In this document: positions 23,578-36,200 of the stretch, piece by piece
How the letters are laid out: the number at the start of each line of letters is the position of its first letter
Numbering within the stretch: the first letter of the stretch is position 1
Assembly (NCBI GenBank): GCA_965287045.1
Contig: OZ336878.1
Span: forward strand, 47,492,001-47,556,000
Length of the DNA stretch: 64,000 bases
Direction: 5' to 3'
From: Carcharhinus amblyrhynchos
Lineage: Eukaryota
Notes under the pieces: generated by a model
The model's database searches: none
What the model was told of the DNA's origin: nothing
The model's input: only the letters and a program-made list of their open reading frames with translations
Program-made: the position numbers and the translations under genes

Positions 23578-24439
23578 TCTATGGCCAAGCCAGTTCTGTA
23601 TCCATCTTGCCAGCTCTCCTCTGATCCTGTGTGACTTCACCTTTCGTACCAGTCTACCATGAGGTACTATGAGGTCAAGGCTTTATTGAAGTCCATGTAT
23701 AGAACATCCACTGCCTTTCCCTCAGCTATCATCTTCGTCACTTCCTTGAAAAATTTGACCAAGTTAGTGATGCACAATTTCCCCTTCACAAAACCATGCT
23801 GCCTATACTGATAAATCCATTTGCTTCCAAATGTGTGTAAATTCTGTCCCTAAGAATCTTTTCCAATAATTTCCCTACCATTGACGTAAAGCTCACTGGC
23901 CTATAATCTCCCGGATTATCCCTAGGGGCCTTCTGAAACAAAAGAACAACATTGGCTATCCTCAGCAATTTCCGCTCTCGCTTTCCTCAGTATTCTGGGG
24001 TAGATTTCATGAGGCCCTGGGGACTTTTCTACTTTAATGCTTTTTAAGACACCCTAGACCTCTTCCTTTTTGATAGCACATGATCCAGAATATTCTCAAA
24101 CCCTATGCGAGGTTCCTCATCCATCATGTCCCTCTCTTTGGTGAATACTGAGGCATAGTATTCATTTACTATCTCACTCATTTCCTCTGGTTCCATACAT
24201 AGATTCCCTTCACTATCCTTGGGTGGACCAAGCCTTTCCTTGGCTACCCTCCGTAACAATTTGCATTGATATCAGGCAGAATCTACTGAGTGCCCAATTA
24301 TATGAGGATGTCCTGCCCTGCTCAGCTTTCTTTCCAATTAAAGTTTAATCCAAACACTTTCTCACTCCACTGCAAATGTGTTGCAGTCTTTGGCATCCAG
24401 GCTGTAACACTCAGTTTCAACACTACTGGTGTCATTTTG

Positions 24440-26580
24440 CTTTCAAAATGGTGTCTGCACATCCCACGTTATGTGCCAGTTTGGTGAGGACATTAGCATG
24501 GACATTATAGTGTGTGCTGGAAGTATGCAGATAGACAGGGCATAATGTAAGTTAATGTGTAACACTCATTTGTCATCAGCTTTGCAATTTGTGACCTCTC
24601 CATTCCAGCTAAAACCCTGTCTTAAACACACATGATTGAACATATATGTCAGCAGCAATGACCACCAGTCAATGCTTTTTAAAGGAAGCATTTTCAAATT
24701 GCAGGTTAGTGGCTGATAAATTACTATCAGCTTTGTCTGACTTTGTAATAACACTGAGTTTGTTTAATTGCTATCTCACATTAATGAAGTTGCTAGGGAG
24801 TAGTGTTGTACATGGTGAAGGCCTTGATTCTGCCATCAATAGTCCTGGTCAATACACTTGCTCCCAGTATTGATGCTGTAGTTACCACCCTCAGTATATA
24901 ATGTGAAAGGGAGATTGAACAGGGGGTTTTTGGGGAGATGTCTCTTACCTGAACCTAAGCTAGGATCAGCATGCAAAATGTCTCTATTTTACAAAGGAGC
25001 TACTTACTGAGACTTGTTACCGGCAGACCTGCAGCAAGGGCATGCTGCTTGCCATCTATGAAGGTGACCAGGATCACACATTTCCTTCTGCCTGAACCTT
25101 CCAGGCTGTAAAAGTTTTAGATCTGACACTTTCTAAATCATTATCCGCTATTGAATCAGAGTTGACAGAGACTCCATATGGCAGGAGAAGAGATTTCATT
25201 GAACATTCTCTGAACTGAGAGCAGCAGATAGAGCATGCAAATGGCCTACTGCGTTTGTGGGTTCCCCCATGTTGCAGGGTGTTAGCAGTTGCACACACAT
25301 GATTTTGTGGACGCTGCATCACAATCCAAAAAGGTCTTGTAAACTGAGCGAGTTCCTGTACCTCAATGTACAGTAGGTGTATGAACATGCTCAGTGCAGA
25401 TGAAAATCTGCTATCCTGGAATCAGTTATAATGCCTTTACCCTGCATCAGTCCACTGTTTCCTCAGTATCTGAATCACAACATTGAACTGTACATAGACC
25501 TGAGCATCCAAGACTATCAACAGACCACCTGGCTAATGGCTCCAAACCTGGGTAAGAATAATAAGAGCCACGCTGTGACGCTAAACATCCGAGCAATGGT
25601 TCCACTGCCTGGAACCATCTGAACATCTCTGTAATACTCATTGGAAGATGTGTGGTACACCCTCAAATCATTCAGGCAAAGTCCTTGCCATCAAGGATAC
25701 AAGCAACTGATGAGCAAGAGAAACAGAACAGGGTGAAAGGAGGAGACAATAAACGCCTCGTCTTCCAGCCAGGTTACCTGAAACCGTCGCAGCACTAACA
25801 AACACAACACCAATTCCCTATTGCACAACAGTCACACACCCTCACTCTGTCATTGATCATCATTATGTTCTCTTGGCCACAATCTTAAATTAACCATAGA
25901 ATGCCACAAACCAACTTTAATACACAAACCATCCAATATTCTACATAAAAGTTAACTAATCACCTTTGTGTACTCTCTGAGCGCCTGTCTTCCATGTACC
26001 CTAGCCTTTGCTCCTTCCAGAGTGGTACCCCAGTAACTGCAGCATGGCTGGTGGAAGATGCTGAATTTCACCGGGTGAGACTACTGATGATTTTGCAGGG
26101 TGCCCTCGAACAGTTCTGGCCCAAAATTGCCGAGACTCAACATCAGCTGCTGCAGTTGGGACTGCCTGGCTGACCAGACAACAGGAAGAAAGAAAAGGAG
26201 GACAAGTGTTCTCATCCTGAAAGGGAAGAGCAGGTTCATGCTGCCTGGAGCAGCGCCTAAGCGATCCAAGTCATCTGATGGAGGATGAATTGCTGGGCTG
26301 CACTGTGAGCCTCTTTGATCACTGGTATGTACGTAACAAGCACATCGAGCCTGCATTGGCATGAGCTGAGATTACATGTTTTCTGACTAAGCTTCCACTG
26401 CAGCACTCAAGAGTTGCTGAGACATCAGCCTTCAGATTTATCACCACAAGTACAAACAAAATACTGTAGATGCTGAATATTTCAGATTTTGCTTCATGGT
26501 TGGATCTACAATATTCTCATTGAGTTGGCCACATGTTGGAAAGGATGGGCTTCAAGCTCTGTGCAAAACCCTGTGCCAAG
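24440..26580 (+). mobile_element. PIF/Harbinger transposon relic (DDE nuclease on plus, probable second ORF on minus)
   Basis: GFPHVAGC, FLYLNVQ, YPGISYNAFTLHQSTV, DYQQTTWLMAP resemble Harbinger nuclease motifs GFPxVxG, SLNVQ, YPGSxHD, GYPxxxWLMTP. Confidence 0.7.
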
Positions 26581-26596
26581 TTGTTGACAAACAAGT

Positions 26597-26892
26597 AGCA
26601 CAGTGGTTAGCACTGCTGCCTCAGAGCGCCAGGGACCCAGGTTCAATTCCAGCCTCGGTCACTGTCTGAGTGGAGTTTGCATGTTTTCCCTGTGTCTGCA
26701 TGGATTTCCTCCATATCCTCCAGTTTCCTCCCACAGTCCAAATATGTGCGGGTTAGGTTGATTAGCCAGGTTAAATTGACCGGAGTATCAGGGGATTAGT
26801 AGGGTAAATATGTGGGGTTACAGGAGTACAGCCTGGGTGGGATTGTGGTCGGTGCAGACTTGATGGGCCAAATGGCCTCCTTCTGCACTGTA
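26597..26892 (+). mobile_element. HE1-like V-SINE
   Basis: tRNA head, body, CR1-like tail. Confidence 0.88.
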
Positions 26893-26894
26893 TG

Positions 26895-27645
26895 CAGTTG
26901 TCCAGCAGTGATGTATGCTATGTTGCCCATGATGCCCTTGGTGGACGTCCCCTGGGTGGCTGGGACCTGGAGGGCCCCAGCTGACTTGCGAATGGCACTG
27001 TTTCGGTGCCACTCTTTTCATCTCACTGTTCTAGATGCCCCAGTGAGAGGAAGGGAGGAATCAGAAGGTCTTGGGACATCCGGGATCTCTGGGTGGAAGA
27101 CCCCGGCATGGACTCAAGCGTTCCGTCCTCTCTTGGGGTCAGTGGCTCGAGGACACTTCACAGGATGACAGCGTAGCTTGACTGATCTCCAGAAGCTCCA
27201 GCGTCACCTGGCTCTGCCAGTCCTGGAGGCCTAAATGCGTCTGCCCCATGATGTGTGATTCCTCAGCTCTCACCCTCTGAAACTGGGCCCAGCTCTGGAT
27301 CCCCTCCTCTACAGTATTCTGTGAGTGAGCCAGGCGCTGGAGCACCTTAGCAGTGGCCCTCTGAGCCTGGGCTAAGTTGTCAAGGCTCACAGCCATGGCC
27401 TGCTGTGTCTCCAGAATGCCAGTGAAAGAACCTAGCCCTGGCCGGCAGTGTCTATTACATGCCTCCGATACCCGCGGCCATTGAACGGTGTGCCTTCTGG
27501 ATGCAAACACACTCCCCTGTGGTCCGTTGTGTCTCCAGGATGGCCTGGACCCTGTCACCCAAGAGTACGGACCCCTGAGCCAGACTTTCCACTGCGGACG
27601 CCACCTTTACAGTGTTGGCCTGGGTCTCATGCTGTGTCAGGGAGA
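26895..27645 (-). mobile_element. Probable Harbinger second-ORF relic (coiled-coil region)
   Basis: VASAVESLAQG, ILETQQAMAVSLDNLAQAQRATAKVLQRLA heptad-like repeats; family assignment from memory. Confidence 0.45.
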
Positions 27646-29526
27646 TTTGCCCTCCCAAAGATACACAAGGCAAACACACCCGGCCATCCCATCATATCAG
27701 GCAATGGGACCCTGTGTGAGAACCTCTCCAGCTACGTCGATGGCATCCTGAAACCCATTATACAAGGAACCCCCAGCTTTTGTCGCGACACTATGGATTT
27801 CCTACAGAAACTCAGCACACATGGAGCAGTTGAACCAGGGACATTCCACGTCACAATGGATGCCTCGGCGCTCTACAGCAACATCCCCCATGATGATGGC
27901 ATTGCTGCAACTGTCTCAGTGCTTAACGCCGACAACTGCCAGTTTCCAGATGCAATTTTACAAATCATCTGCTTCATCCTGGATCACAATGTCTTCACCT
28001 TCAACAACCACTTCCTCATCCAGACACGTGGAACAGCCATGGGGACCAAATTCACACCTCAATATGCCAACATCTTCATGGACAGGCTCAAACAAGACCT
28101 CTTCACCGCACAGGACCTTCACCGATGCTATACACTAGATACATCGATGACATTTTCTTCCTTTGGACTCATGGTGAATAATCACTGAAACAACTGTATG
28201 ATGACATCAACAAGTTCCCCCACCATCAGACTCACCATGGACTACTCTCAGGAATCGGTTGCATTCTTGGACACACGCATCTCCATCAAGGACAATCACC
28301 TCAGCACTTCATTGTACCGCAAGCCCACGGATAACCTCACGATGCTCCACTTCTCCAGCTTCCACTGTAAACACGTTAAAGAAGCCATCCCCTACAGACA
28401 AGCCTTCCATATACACAGGATCTGCTCAGATGAGAAGGATCGCAACAGACACCTCCAGACGCTGAAAGATGCTCTCATAAGAACAGGATATGGTGCTCGG
28501 CTCATCGATCGACAGTTCTGACGCGCCACAGCGAAAATCCGCACCAACCTCCTCAGAAGACAAACACGGGACATGGTGGACAAAATACTCTTCGTTGTCC
28601 AGTATTTCCCCGGAGCGGAGAAGCTACAACATCTTCTCCGGAGTTTTCAATACATCATTGTTGAGAACGAATATCTCGCCAGGGCCGTCCCCATACCGCC
28701 ACTCCTTACCTTCAAACAACCACACAACCTCAAACAGACCATTGCTCGCAGCAAACTACCCAGCCTCCAGGAGAACAGTGACCACAACACCACACAACCC
28801 TGTCACAGCAACCTCTGCAAGACGTGCTGGATCATTGACATGGATGACATCATCTCACGTGAGGACACCATCCACCAGGTACACGGTGCATACACTTGCA
28901 ACTCGGCCAACGTTGTCTACCTGATACGCTGCAGGAAAGGATGTCCCGAAGCATGATACACTGGGGAGACCATGCAGACGCTACAACAATGGATGAATGA
29001 ACATTGCTTGACAATCACCAGGCAAGACTGTTCCCTTCCTGTTGGCGAACACTTCAGCGGTCATGGGCATTCAGTCTCTGATCTTCGGGTAAGCATTCTC
29101 CAAGGCGGCCTTCACAACACACGACAGCGCAGAGTCGCTGAGTAGAGACTGATAGCCAAATTCCGCACACATGAGGACGGCCTCAACCGGGATCTTGAGC
29201 TCACATCGCACTATCTATAACCCCCATGACTTGCCTGGGCTTGTAGAATCTCACTTACTGTCCTGTCTGGAGACAATACACATCTCGTTAACCTATGCTA
29301 ATGTTCTCTCCACTCACATTGTCTGCATCTTTAAGACTTGAATAGCAGGTTGGCTATAAAGACTTGCATTCTAATCAGTATTCTGTAAACTGTGTGTGAC
29401 TTTATAAGCCCTTCTCTGATCAGAACCTTCCACATAGCTGACTAAGGAAGACCGTTTCTGAAAGTTTATGGGATTACTATCAAATAAATTGGTTGGACTC
29501 AAACCTGGTGTTGTGAGACTTCTTAC
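27645..29526 (+). mobile_element. Penelope-like retroelement (RT + GIY-YIG endonuclease + pLTR), 5' truncated and frameshifted
   Basis: LPKIHK..PIISG, TMDASALYSNIPH, QTRGTAMGT, RYIDDIF, FLDTRI..YRKPTD, NVVYLIRCRKGC..YTGET. Confidence 0.95.
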
Positions 29527-29529
29527 AGG

Positions 29530-29832
29530 GTTGTGGGGGCCAGCAATGAGGCCAGCAATGTCAGTGGGGATTGGATGGCAGTGATCTGGATGCTGGGAGG
29601 TCTTTTCAGAAATCTCCCAGCAAGGTGTGCATGCACGGGGTATCCGCTCATCCCGCTGATTTCAGGCTTTTTGGCGCAAATAGGCCCTGGCCTCTGGGTT
29701 TTTAATAATTTTCATGATTGTGACCTCTGCATTGCACGGAATGGGAGATTCAGGTCTGAAGCTGCATTGAAAAACAGTCGTGATCTAGACCAGTTTTCTT
29801 TTCAATCCAGCACTTTTGGGAGAATCTCCCCC
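29530..29832. mobile_element. Harbinger-like non-autonomous element fragment
   Basis: Ends GGGAGAATCTCCCCC; similar to 17.8-18.24 kb. Confidence 0.5.
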
Positions 29833-29849
29833 AACATTTCCAATCATTA

Positions 29850-30675
29850 CAAACAGTGCAAAAAATAGACATATTAACAATTTCCTTAACTTCAATATTT
29901 TACAGTGCTCAGTTCCAAGACATTACATACATTACTGTTCAGTTCTTCAACAAACTATATACATTCATCACATTTCTCTATGTGCTGTTTTTACAGAGTT
30001 GTACACAGTTATGTAATCCGAGGGTGTTCTACAGTTACTGGCCCCTTGGTCTGCCTTGGTTGAAAGGCTTTAAATAGTGGCCTTTCCCCATTGTGCCTTT
30101 GCGGTAGCTGCCTTAGCATGTAGTCCTGGACCTTGGAATGTACCAGTCTGCAACACTCGGTCGAGGGCAAATCTTTGCACTGGAAGATCAGTAGGTTTCG
30201 GGCGGACCAAAGAGCATCCTTCACCGCTTTAATGACCCTCCAGCAGCAGTTGATGTTTGTCTCAGTGTGCGTCCCTGGAAACAGCCCGAAGAGCACAAAG
30301 TCCTGCATCATGGATCTGCTCGGGATGAACCTTGACAAATACCACTGCATCTCACTCCAAACCACCTTTGCAAAGGCACGTTCCATGAGGAGGTGTATGA
30401 CCATCCATCGCAGCTACTTCGAGGGCAGCGTGCAGTGGTGTTGAGACCTCGGGTGTGCATGAAGGATCTGACGGGAAGTGTCCTCTCACCACCAGCCAAG
30501 TCAGGTCTTGGCACTTGTTTGAAAGTTCTAATGATGAGGCATTCTGCCAGGCGACACTCACAGTCTGTTCAGAGAACTAACTGACAGGATCCACCATCTC
30601 CTTTTCCCTCAGGGCTTCAAGGACATTACGCGCTGACTACTGCTTGATCACCATGTGGTCAAAGCTGTGTTTCTG
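29850..30675 (-). mobile_element. Tx1-clade LINE ORF2 C-terminal region and 3' UTR
   Basis: WQNASSLELSNKCQDLTWLVVR, ARCPRSSC, HLLMERAFAKVVW, VKDALWSARNLLIF. Confidence 0.85.
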
Positions 30676-30687
30676 GAAAAAAAAAGA

Positions 30688-30995
30688 TTTTTTTTGTTTT
30701 TATTCCAATTCAATCAAATCAAGTCCAATTCAGAGTTTCAACTAGTTGGGACATTCCCGATCAAGCTGACAAAGGCTCTCACCTCCCGTCTTGGGCTTGA
30801 TCTACATGATCCAAGCTGATTGGAGTAGACGTAGCTCCTCCTCCAAGGCTTGATCTCATTTGCATCTTAGCCAAAAGGTCGAGATGCTGCTTTTAAAAAC
30901 TGCTTCAAATAAAGCTAAAATGTAACCTAATGACTTCAACCAAGCACAGCAGGTCAATACTACACTTGATCTTAGCCAAAAGGCCAAGAAGTGAT
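30688..30995 (-). mobile_element. U2 snRNA-headed element (SINEU-like, or Keno/Tx1 5' end)
   Basis: Two U2 5'-like segments (30957-30995 and 30864-30887), unique body and A-rich tract at 30688-30703. Confidence 0.7.
30957..30995 (-). pseudogene. U2 snRNA 5' fragment (nt 1-39)
   Basis: ATCACTTCTTGGCCTTTTGGCTAAGATCAAGTGTAGTAT vs U2 ATCGCTTCTCGGCCTTTTGGCTAAGATCAAGTGTAGTAT (2 mismatches). Confidence 0.9.
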
Positions 30996-32329
30996 CTCAA
31001 GATGGTATTGAGATTCATTGACCAATAAGTCCTTTGAACTTTCCTTCTCTTACTTCGAGCTTCACACTAGGAGATGAGCTCCACCTTTTCAGTGAGTCTA
31101 TGTTAAGCCCTTGTTGTACAGATCTATAAGTACAATATAAGTTTTATTGTAAAATCCCCCCCAAAAAACTACCACTCAGAAATGCTAAAAAAAAGTGTAA
31201 TCTTAAAATGTTGCAAATCTGCTGCTTTAGATTGCATCAAGTGATTGATGGCTACTGAAAAATTGGAAGTTCCATAATCTCACAGCTCCTGTTGTTGAGA
31301 TGGAGTTATTTCGGAATTATGTGATTAAATGGTTGGTGTTTTAGCATTTTCTGAGCCACAGCAGAGCTGAGGGAATAGATCAGAATAGATTACTTCACGT
31401 CTGAAAGGGCAGAACAATTTGTACTCTTGCTTTGTCCTTGAGTCGCAAGATATGTTCTTTATTGCAGTGACAAAGAACATAAATTTAGATTTCCATTACC
31501 ATTCAAAGCATTGATTTAATATCCAATTGAATGGGGGGGTATGACATAAACGTGTGAATGACTAGATGTTTCGAAGTTCTAATGTTCAGCACAACAAATT
31601 CACTGCAGCAGATTATACCTTTCTTACATTAAATCTAAATTTGGCTTTGGTTAAAAGGAAGTCAGAAACCTGTTTTCTTGAAACTCTCCTTATAAGATTC
31701 AATATCTGTTAGTATGAGATTCAATATCTGTTAGTATTTTGAATATAACTTGAGAAAGGCTAAGATAACGTACTATATATTTTTTAAATATATAGAAAAT
31801 ATTTTTATTGCTATTTTTAAAAAATTTATACTGGAAAAAGACTTGAAATCCATGTCTGTCAGTGACTTCAAAAAAGAGAGGCTGCCTGGCAGCATTAAGA
31901 CACTTGCATATTATTATTCCTGAAGAGGTATTAAAGGCCCCTTATTTTCTCAGTGGTCTCTGCACTGTAAGTCTTTCTTTACTCTATCCTTCTTATACTG
32001 TATGAGTGCAAAGGAGACAATGCTTTGACCTCCGCCTCCACCTTGAGTATCTGCAAATAAATCAATCATTTGAGTTCATCCTATCTCGTGTTTGCTGCGA
32101 GGTTTATAATAGAAAATTGGTTCACACCAAATTTAAAGGGATGGGAAATGCAGTACTGCTTATAAAGAGGGAAATAAGTCAGAAGCATCTTTCTGTTCAC
32201 AGACCGGTGATGAGAACAAACAATCGGACCAAACAGTCAGTTGGAAGCTAAGACGAAAACCCAATGGCTGGAAGAAATTTAAAAACACAGTAATTTACCG
32301 CAGCAAATTTCTTTACCCTAACACTTTGT

Positions 32330-33300
32330 AAATGACAATGTTTGGTGCCCAGATGTGGGTCAAGTAAGGAAGTTTGAATGGTGAAACATTAGCAGGCCAT
32401 AGCACCGAGCATCTGAAAGCTATAGCTTGAGAGTTACAGTTGAAGTTGTCCAATGAAGTGAAGAGAAGTGAACTAATCCAATTGTTGGTAGATCAGGATC
32501 TCACATTACTGATGGAACAGTCAGATGCAGCAGTCAGCCATGGCTCTGAATCTCACCTCCACCACCAACCAAATTCAAGCTGCAAAAGCTCAGATGGCAG
32601 CTAGAATATCAATAGAGGGAAAGAGAGAGAGAGAAGCATAAAATAAGGAAAAGAGAGAGAGAAGCATTGGAGAGAAAACGGAGAGAGAGAGAGAAAAAGA
32701 AGAATAGGAGAGGGAAGAGAGAGATAAGTAGGAAAGGGAAATGGGAAGAAAAGGGGGAGCATAGGGGAGGGAAAGAGAGAGAGAGGGAAGCACACGGAAG
32801 GAAAAGAGAATTCCAGCTCTAAACATTGGAAATGGATCAAGCAGTTTGAAGGGGGTAGGAGAAGCAACCTCTTAAAACCATGAAAAACAAAGGCTAAGAT
32901 ATTGCCAGAAATATAGCTGACAGAAACAATATTCTAATATTAAGTAGAAAGAAAGGGAGTTCCCAACTCAATGAACAAATAGGGAATGAGATGCCTCTCC
33001 CAGTTGAGAAACCAAAAGGAGCACAGCTGGGGCTGCGGCTCCACATGAGGTTAGTGGATGATTCAGGGATGTGAAGAGTTTCTTCTCCCAAACAAAAGGC
33101 ACCAACTGAAAAGCCATTGGCCTGGCCAGGAAGTTTATGATTAATTTAAATAAGGACATGGGAACTTCCCAAATTGTCACAGAAAGCTTAAAAGTGATGC
33201 CTCACTTTATTGAAAAAAAAACCACCTGAAGTACAGTGAGATCTGACCATCCATTGGAGGGCGGTAGTGTTCCAAAAAAAACATGGAGCCTGCTACCCAA
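32330..33300 (+). mobile_element. Gypsy-like gag relic with purine-rich coiled-coil tract
   Basis: LKAIA.ELQLKLSNEVKRSELIQLLV then AG-rich tract at 32620-32810, similar layout to the gag at 15.4 kb. Confidence 0.45.
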
Positions 33301-33307
33301 CTGACCA

Positions 33308-33455
33308 TGATGTGGAGATGCTGGCGTTGGACTGGGGTAAACACAATAAGAAGTTTTACAACACCAGGTTAAAGTCCAACAGGTTTATTTGGTGGTGGTT
33401 GCTATCAAATAAACCTATTGGACTGTAATCTGGTGTTGACCTTACTGTGTTTACC
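33308..33455. mobile_element. Short inverted pair of Penelope pLTR ends
   Basis: Fold-back of the pLTR 3' end, flanked by duplication TACCCAACTGACCA. Confidence 0.8.
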
Positions 33456-35039
33456 CAACTGACCAACAGACGGATTCCAACCAGAATGGACCCCATCCTC
33501 ACCCACTTTAATACAGAATAGCACATTGCATTTAAAATGATCGGTGACAGCTTCCCCCACGGCTACAACACTGTAACCCTACCCAGTATGGCTGCAGAAT
33601 ACGCCCTTCCAGAAGCTGATTTTCCTATCAGTTAGATATTCAGCCCAGTAAATGACATTATCTGAGTGAACCTGCTTTTTTCATCACCAAGACTTCAGAA
33701 TTAGGCTATGGGAGCAAAGCCTATCACAGTGGTTAAGAATAAATCAAATAACACTTGAAGAAAAATATTAAAAGATGCAAAGAATAAGCAGGAACCTTGG
33801 AAAAGGGCAGATGGGCTGTTGTAGGCTGTTGGCAGAAAGCTGGATACAATTAACTGGATGGCCTCCTTTGAACTGTAGTTAAGTTTACAATCATATTCTA
33901 AGAAGTACTTTGATCAATTTTTTGACTAGGCAGAGATAATGAGTTTCTCTTCAATTGAAGCAAGTTGTCAAGAGCGCTTTAATTTTCATCCTCCACAAGA
34001 AGCTATGGACCTTTGAATTTCTGCAGCTCTTTACAGATATGAGCCACTGATGATTTGTAATCCCTGTTTCAGAAACATTAACTGCAGGACCACAGCGGTT
34101 TAAATTTAAAGGGTTATGAAAATGTTTGACAAACCTCGTTTACAAACACAGCACATTGCCAAAAATCATATAGAGATAAATTATGATACTTCTTGCACTA
34201 AATGTCATTGGAATTAAAATGATGCATGACTCATCTCAGACAAAATGAAACTCTTTACGCAAGCACATACCTTGCCAGCTTGGATAGACCCCTACTTTTT
34301 TTTAATGTAACTGCCTCATAGCACCATAATCCCCTAGCTCCAATAAATCTGAATTTCGATTAGCTATGTTTAATTATTTTTTGTTTGTTGAATGGAGATG
34401 TTAGATATGTGGGAAATGTGGGAAGTCGTTGCCTCTGTGCCAGGAAGAAAAGAACTAGGTCCTTTATTTAAGCCAAAGAGAACAGAAAAGCATGTCTAAA
34501 GACAATCACCAAGGAAACAGAGGTGGACAGAAGGTTTTTACACCAAGAAAAAGATGAATTGCAAGGCCGGTGGTCTGGAGAGCTGCGAATAGCTGAATCT
34601 CATGAGCCAGTTTGAAGTTTATAAGGAGACACTCTGATCTGACTGTAGGTGCTAGCAAAGAAAGAGTATAGTGCTGCCTCCAAGTTACCAACTGAGCATA
34701 TATATTGTCAGCGTAGCCTACCTAGTCCTAAATTATTAGCTTCCACCCCCTCATCTGCCTCCTTCATTCCATTTACCCATTTTCAGTTTATGAAACTTAT
34801 TGAGCACAGAATGGGTCAAGGACAAGGCCTAACAGTGGACAAAGTGGACAATGTTAACGATGGAAGAACAAAGACACAGCCATTTTCTTGGGAACCTTAG
34901 TGATTCTGAGGAAGACAAAGGAGAAAGAACAGGGAGATCAAAGAGGTGAAGTTGGACTTAAGCCCATGCATAAAACGCTCTGGAGGCCTCTTGCAGTGTT
35001 CCTCTGCAGAACTCCACTTCCCCCCATTTCTCCTTTTTA

Positions 35040-35385
35040 CATTTTATTTCTGTCCCATTCCCACACCATCCCCCACCTGCCCCACCACCACCACCACCAA
35101 CATCTCCATCTGTCACAGTTTACAACTTCTTTGCCAGTCACACCCTTTATTTTCTCTTTGGACAGCTTTTCCCCTGGTTTCTGTGGCTATGACTCACCTT
35201 TCTTTCCCTCTCCCTGCAGTATAAATATCTTCCACTTTCTATGCCTTTTAGCTTTGACAAAGGTTCATTTGGACATGAAACATCAGCTCTTTTCTCTCCT
35301 TACAGTTGCTGCCAGGCCTGCTGAGATTTTCCAGCATTTTCTCTTTTGTTTTCAGATTCCAGCATCCATTGTGATTTGCTTTTAT
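35040..35385 (+). mobile_element. Second Penelope family 3' end with decayed hammerhead (35250-35288)
   Basis: AGCT-TTGACAA-AGGTTC(ATTT)GGACAT-GAAACATC-AGCT then GCTGCCAGGCCTGCTGAGATTTTCCAGCATTTTC. Confidence 0.7.
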
Positions 35386-35944
35386 CCTATGCAGAGGGCA
35401 AGGTGGCCTGAGAGAGTAAAGTGAGGAGCCTCTGCACTTTTATCAGCTATCCACATGAGCTGTGTGTGTCCCTGACCTTTGCCCTAGCCATGTATTAATA
35501 TCATGGCACCAGGCATCTGATGCCAAGCCTTTACCTACCCTATCAATTTCTTAATCCTCTTTGATGCTGTATGTGCATAACCATCAGTGTAGGTAAGTAT
35601 ATTGCTATAGACTTTCCTGTCATGTTTTTTCTATTAAATTAACAGTTATTCTTTATTAACTAATCACAGGAAGGCTCAACTGTTCCTCAACACCTTAATT
35701 ACATTACCCATTCATCAATTATTTGCGAGACATTACAAACCAACTTTGCAAATTCTTCTCATAATTTAATTCCTCCAGCCCAACATCATTCTGATGTGTT
35801 GTACTCTCTCCAACATCAATATCTCCTTACTAAAGTATAGTGTCCAGAGCCAAATGCAGTATTTTAAATGAGTTTGAACCAACTTCTGATGCAGTTATAA
35901 CACAATTTGTATCTCTCTCTATTTCAGTTCTCTTGAGATTAGAG

Positions 35945-36200
35945 AATGTTTATGGGGAAAGTGCAATTAACATGATGTTGTTGATGGGCTTTCAAAAAGA
36001 TATTTGATGAAGCACCACAGAACAAACTTGTCAGCAAAATTAGAGCTCCTGGAATGAAAGGGACAGAAGCAGCATGGGTACTACACTGGACGAAGAGAGG
36101 AAACAGAGAGTAGGAGGAACGGTTGTTTTTCAGATTGGGGATTTTAGGTGACGCTTCTCTTAGTAATGACTTAAATGTGGGTGCAAAATGCACCATTCCA
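35945..36200 (+). mobile_element. Old CR1 RT fragment
   Basis: MGFQKDIFDEAPQNKLVSKIRAPGMKG-like translation. Confidence 0.6.

Larger units (their letters stand above)
21780..24255 (-). mobile_element. CR1 LINE ORF2 fragment split by a Penelope insertion
   Basis: LGPPKDSEGNLCMEPEEMSEIVNEYYASVFTKE; ANVVLLFQK..DNPGDYRPVSFTSMVGKLLE. Confidence 0.88.

Noticed and set aside
29431-29472. Active hammerhead in the long Penelope copy
   Set aside because: Core mutated (CTGACTA, GAAAGTTT); remnant only.
30957-30995. Functional U2 snRNA gene
   Set aside because: Only 39 nt present; no Sm site or 3' stem-loops.
31696-31738. 22-bp tandem duplication AGATTCAATATCTGTTAGTATG
   Set aside because: Ordinary slippage duplication.
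34888-35424. 178-aa His-rich ORF
   Set aside because: Reads through low-complexity Penelope 3' sequence.
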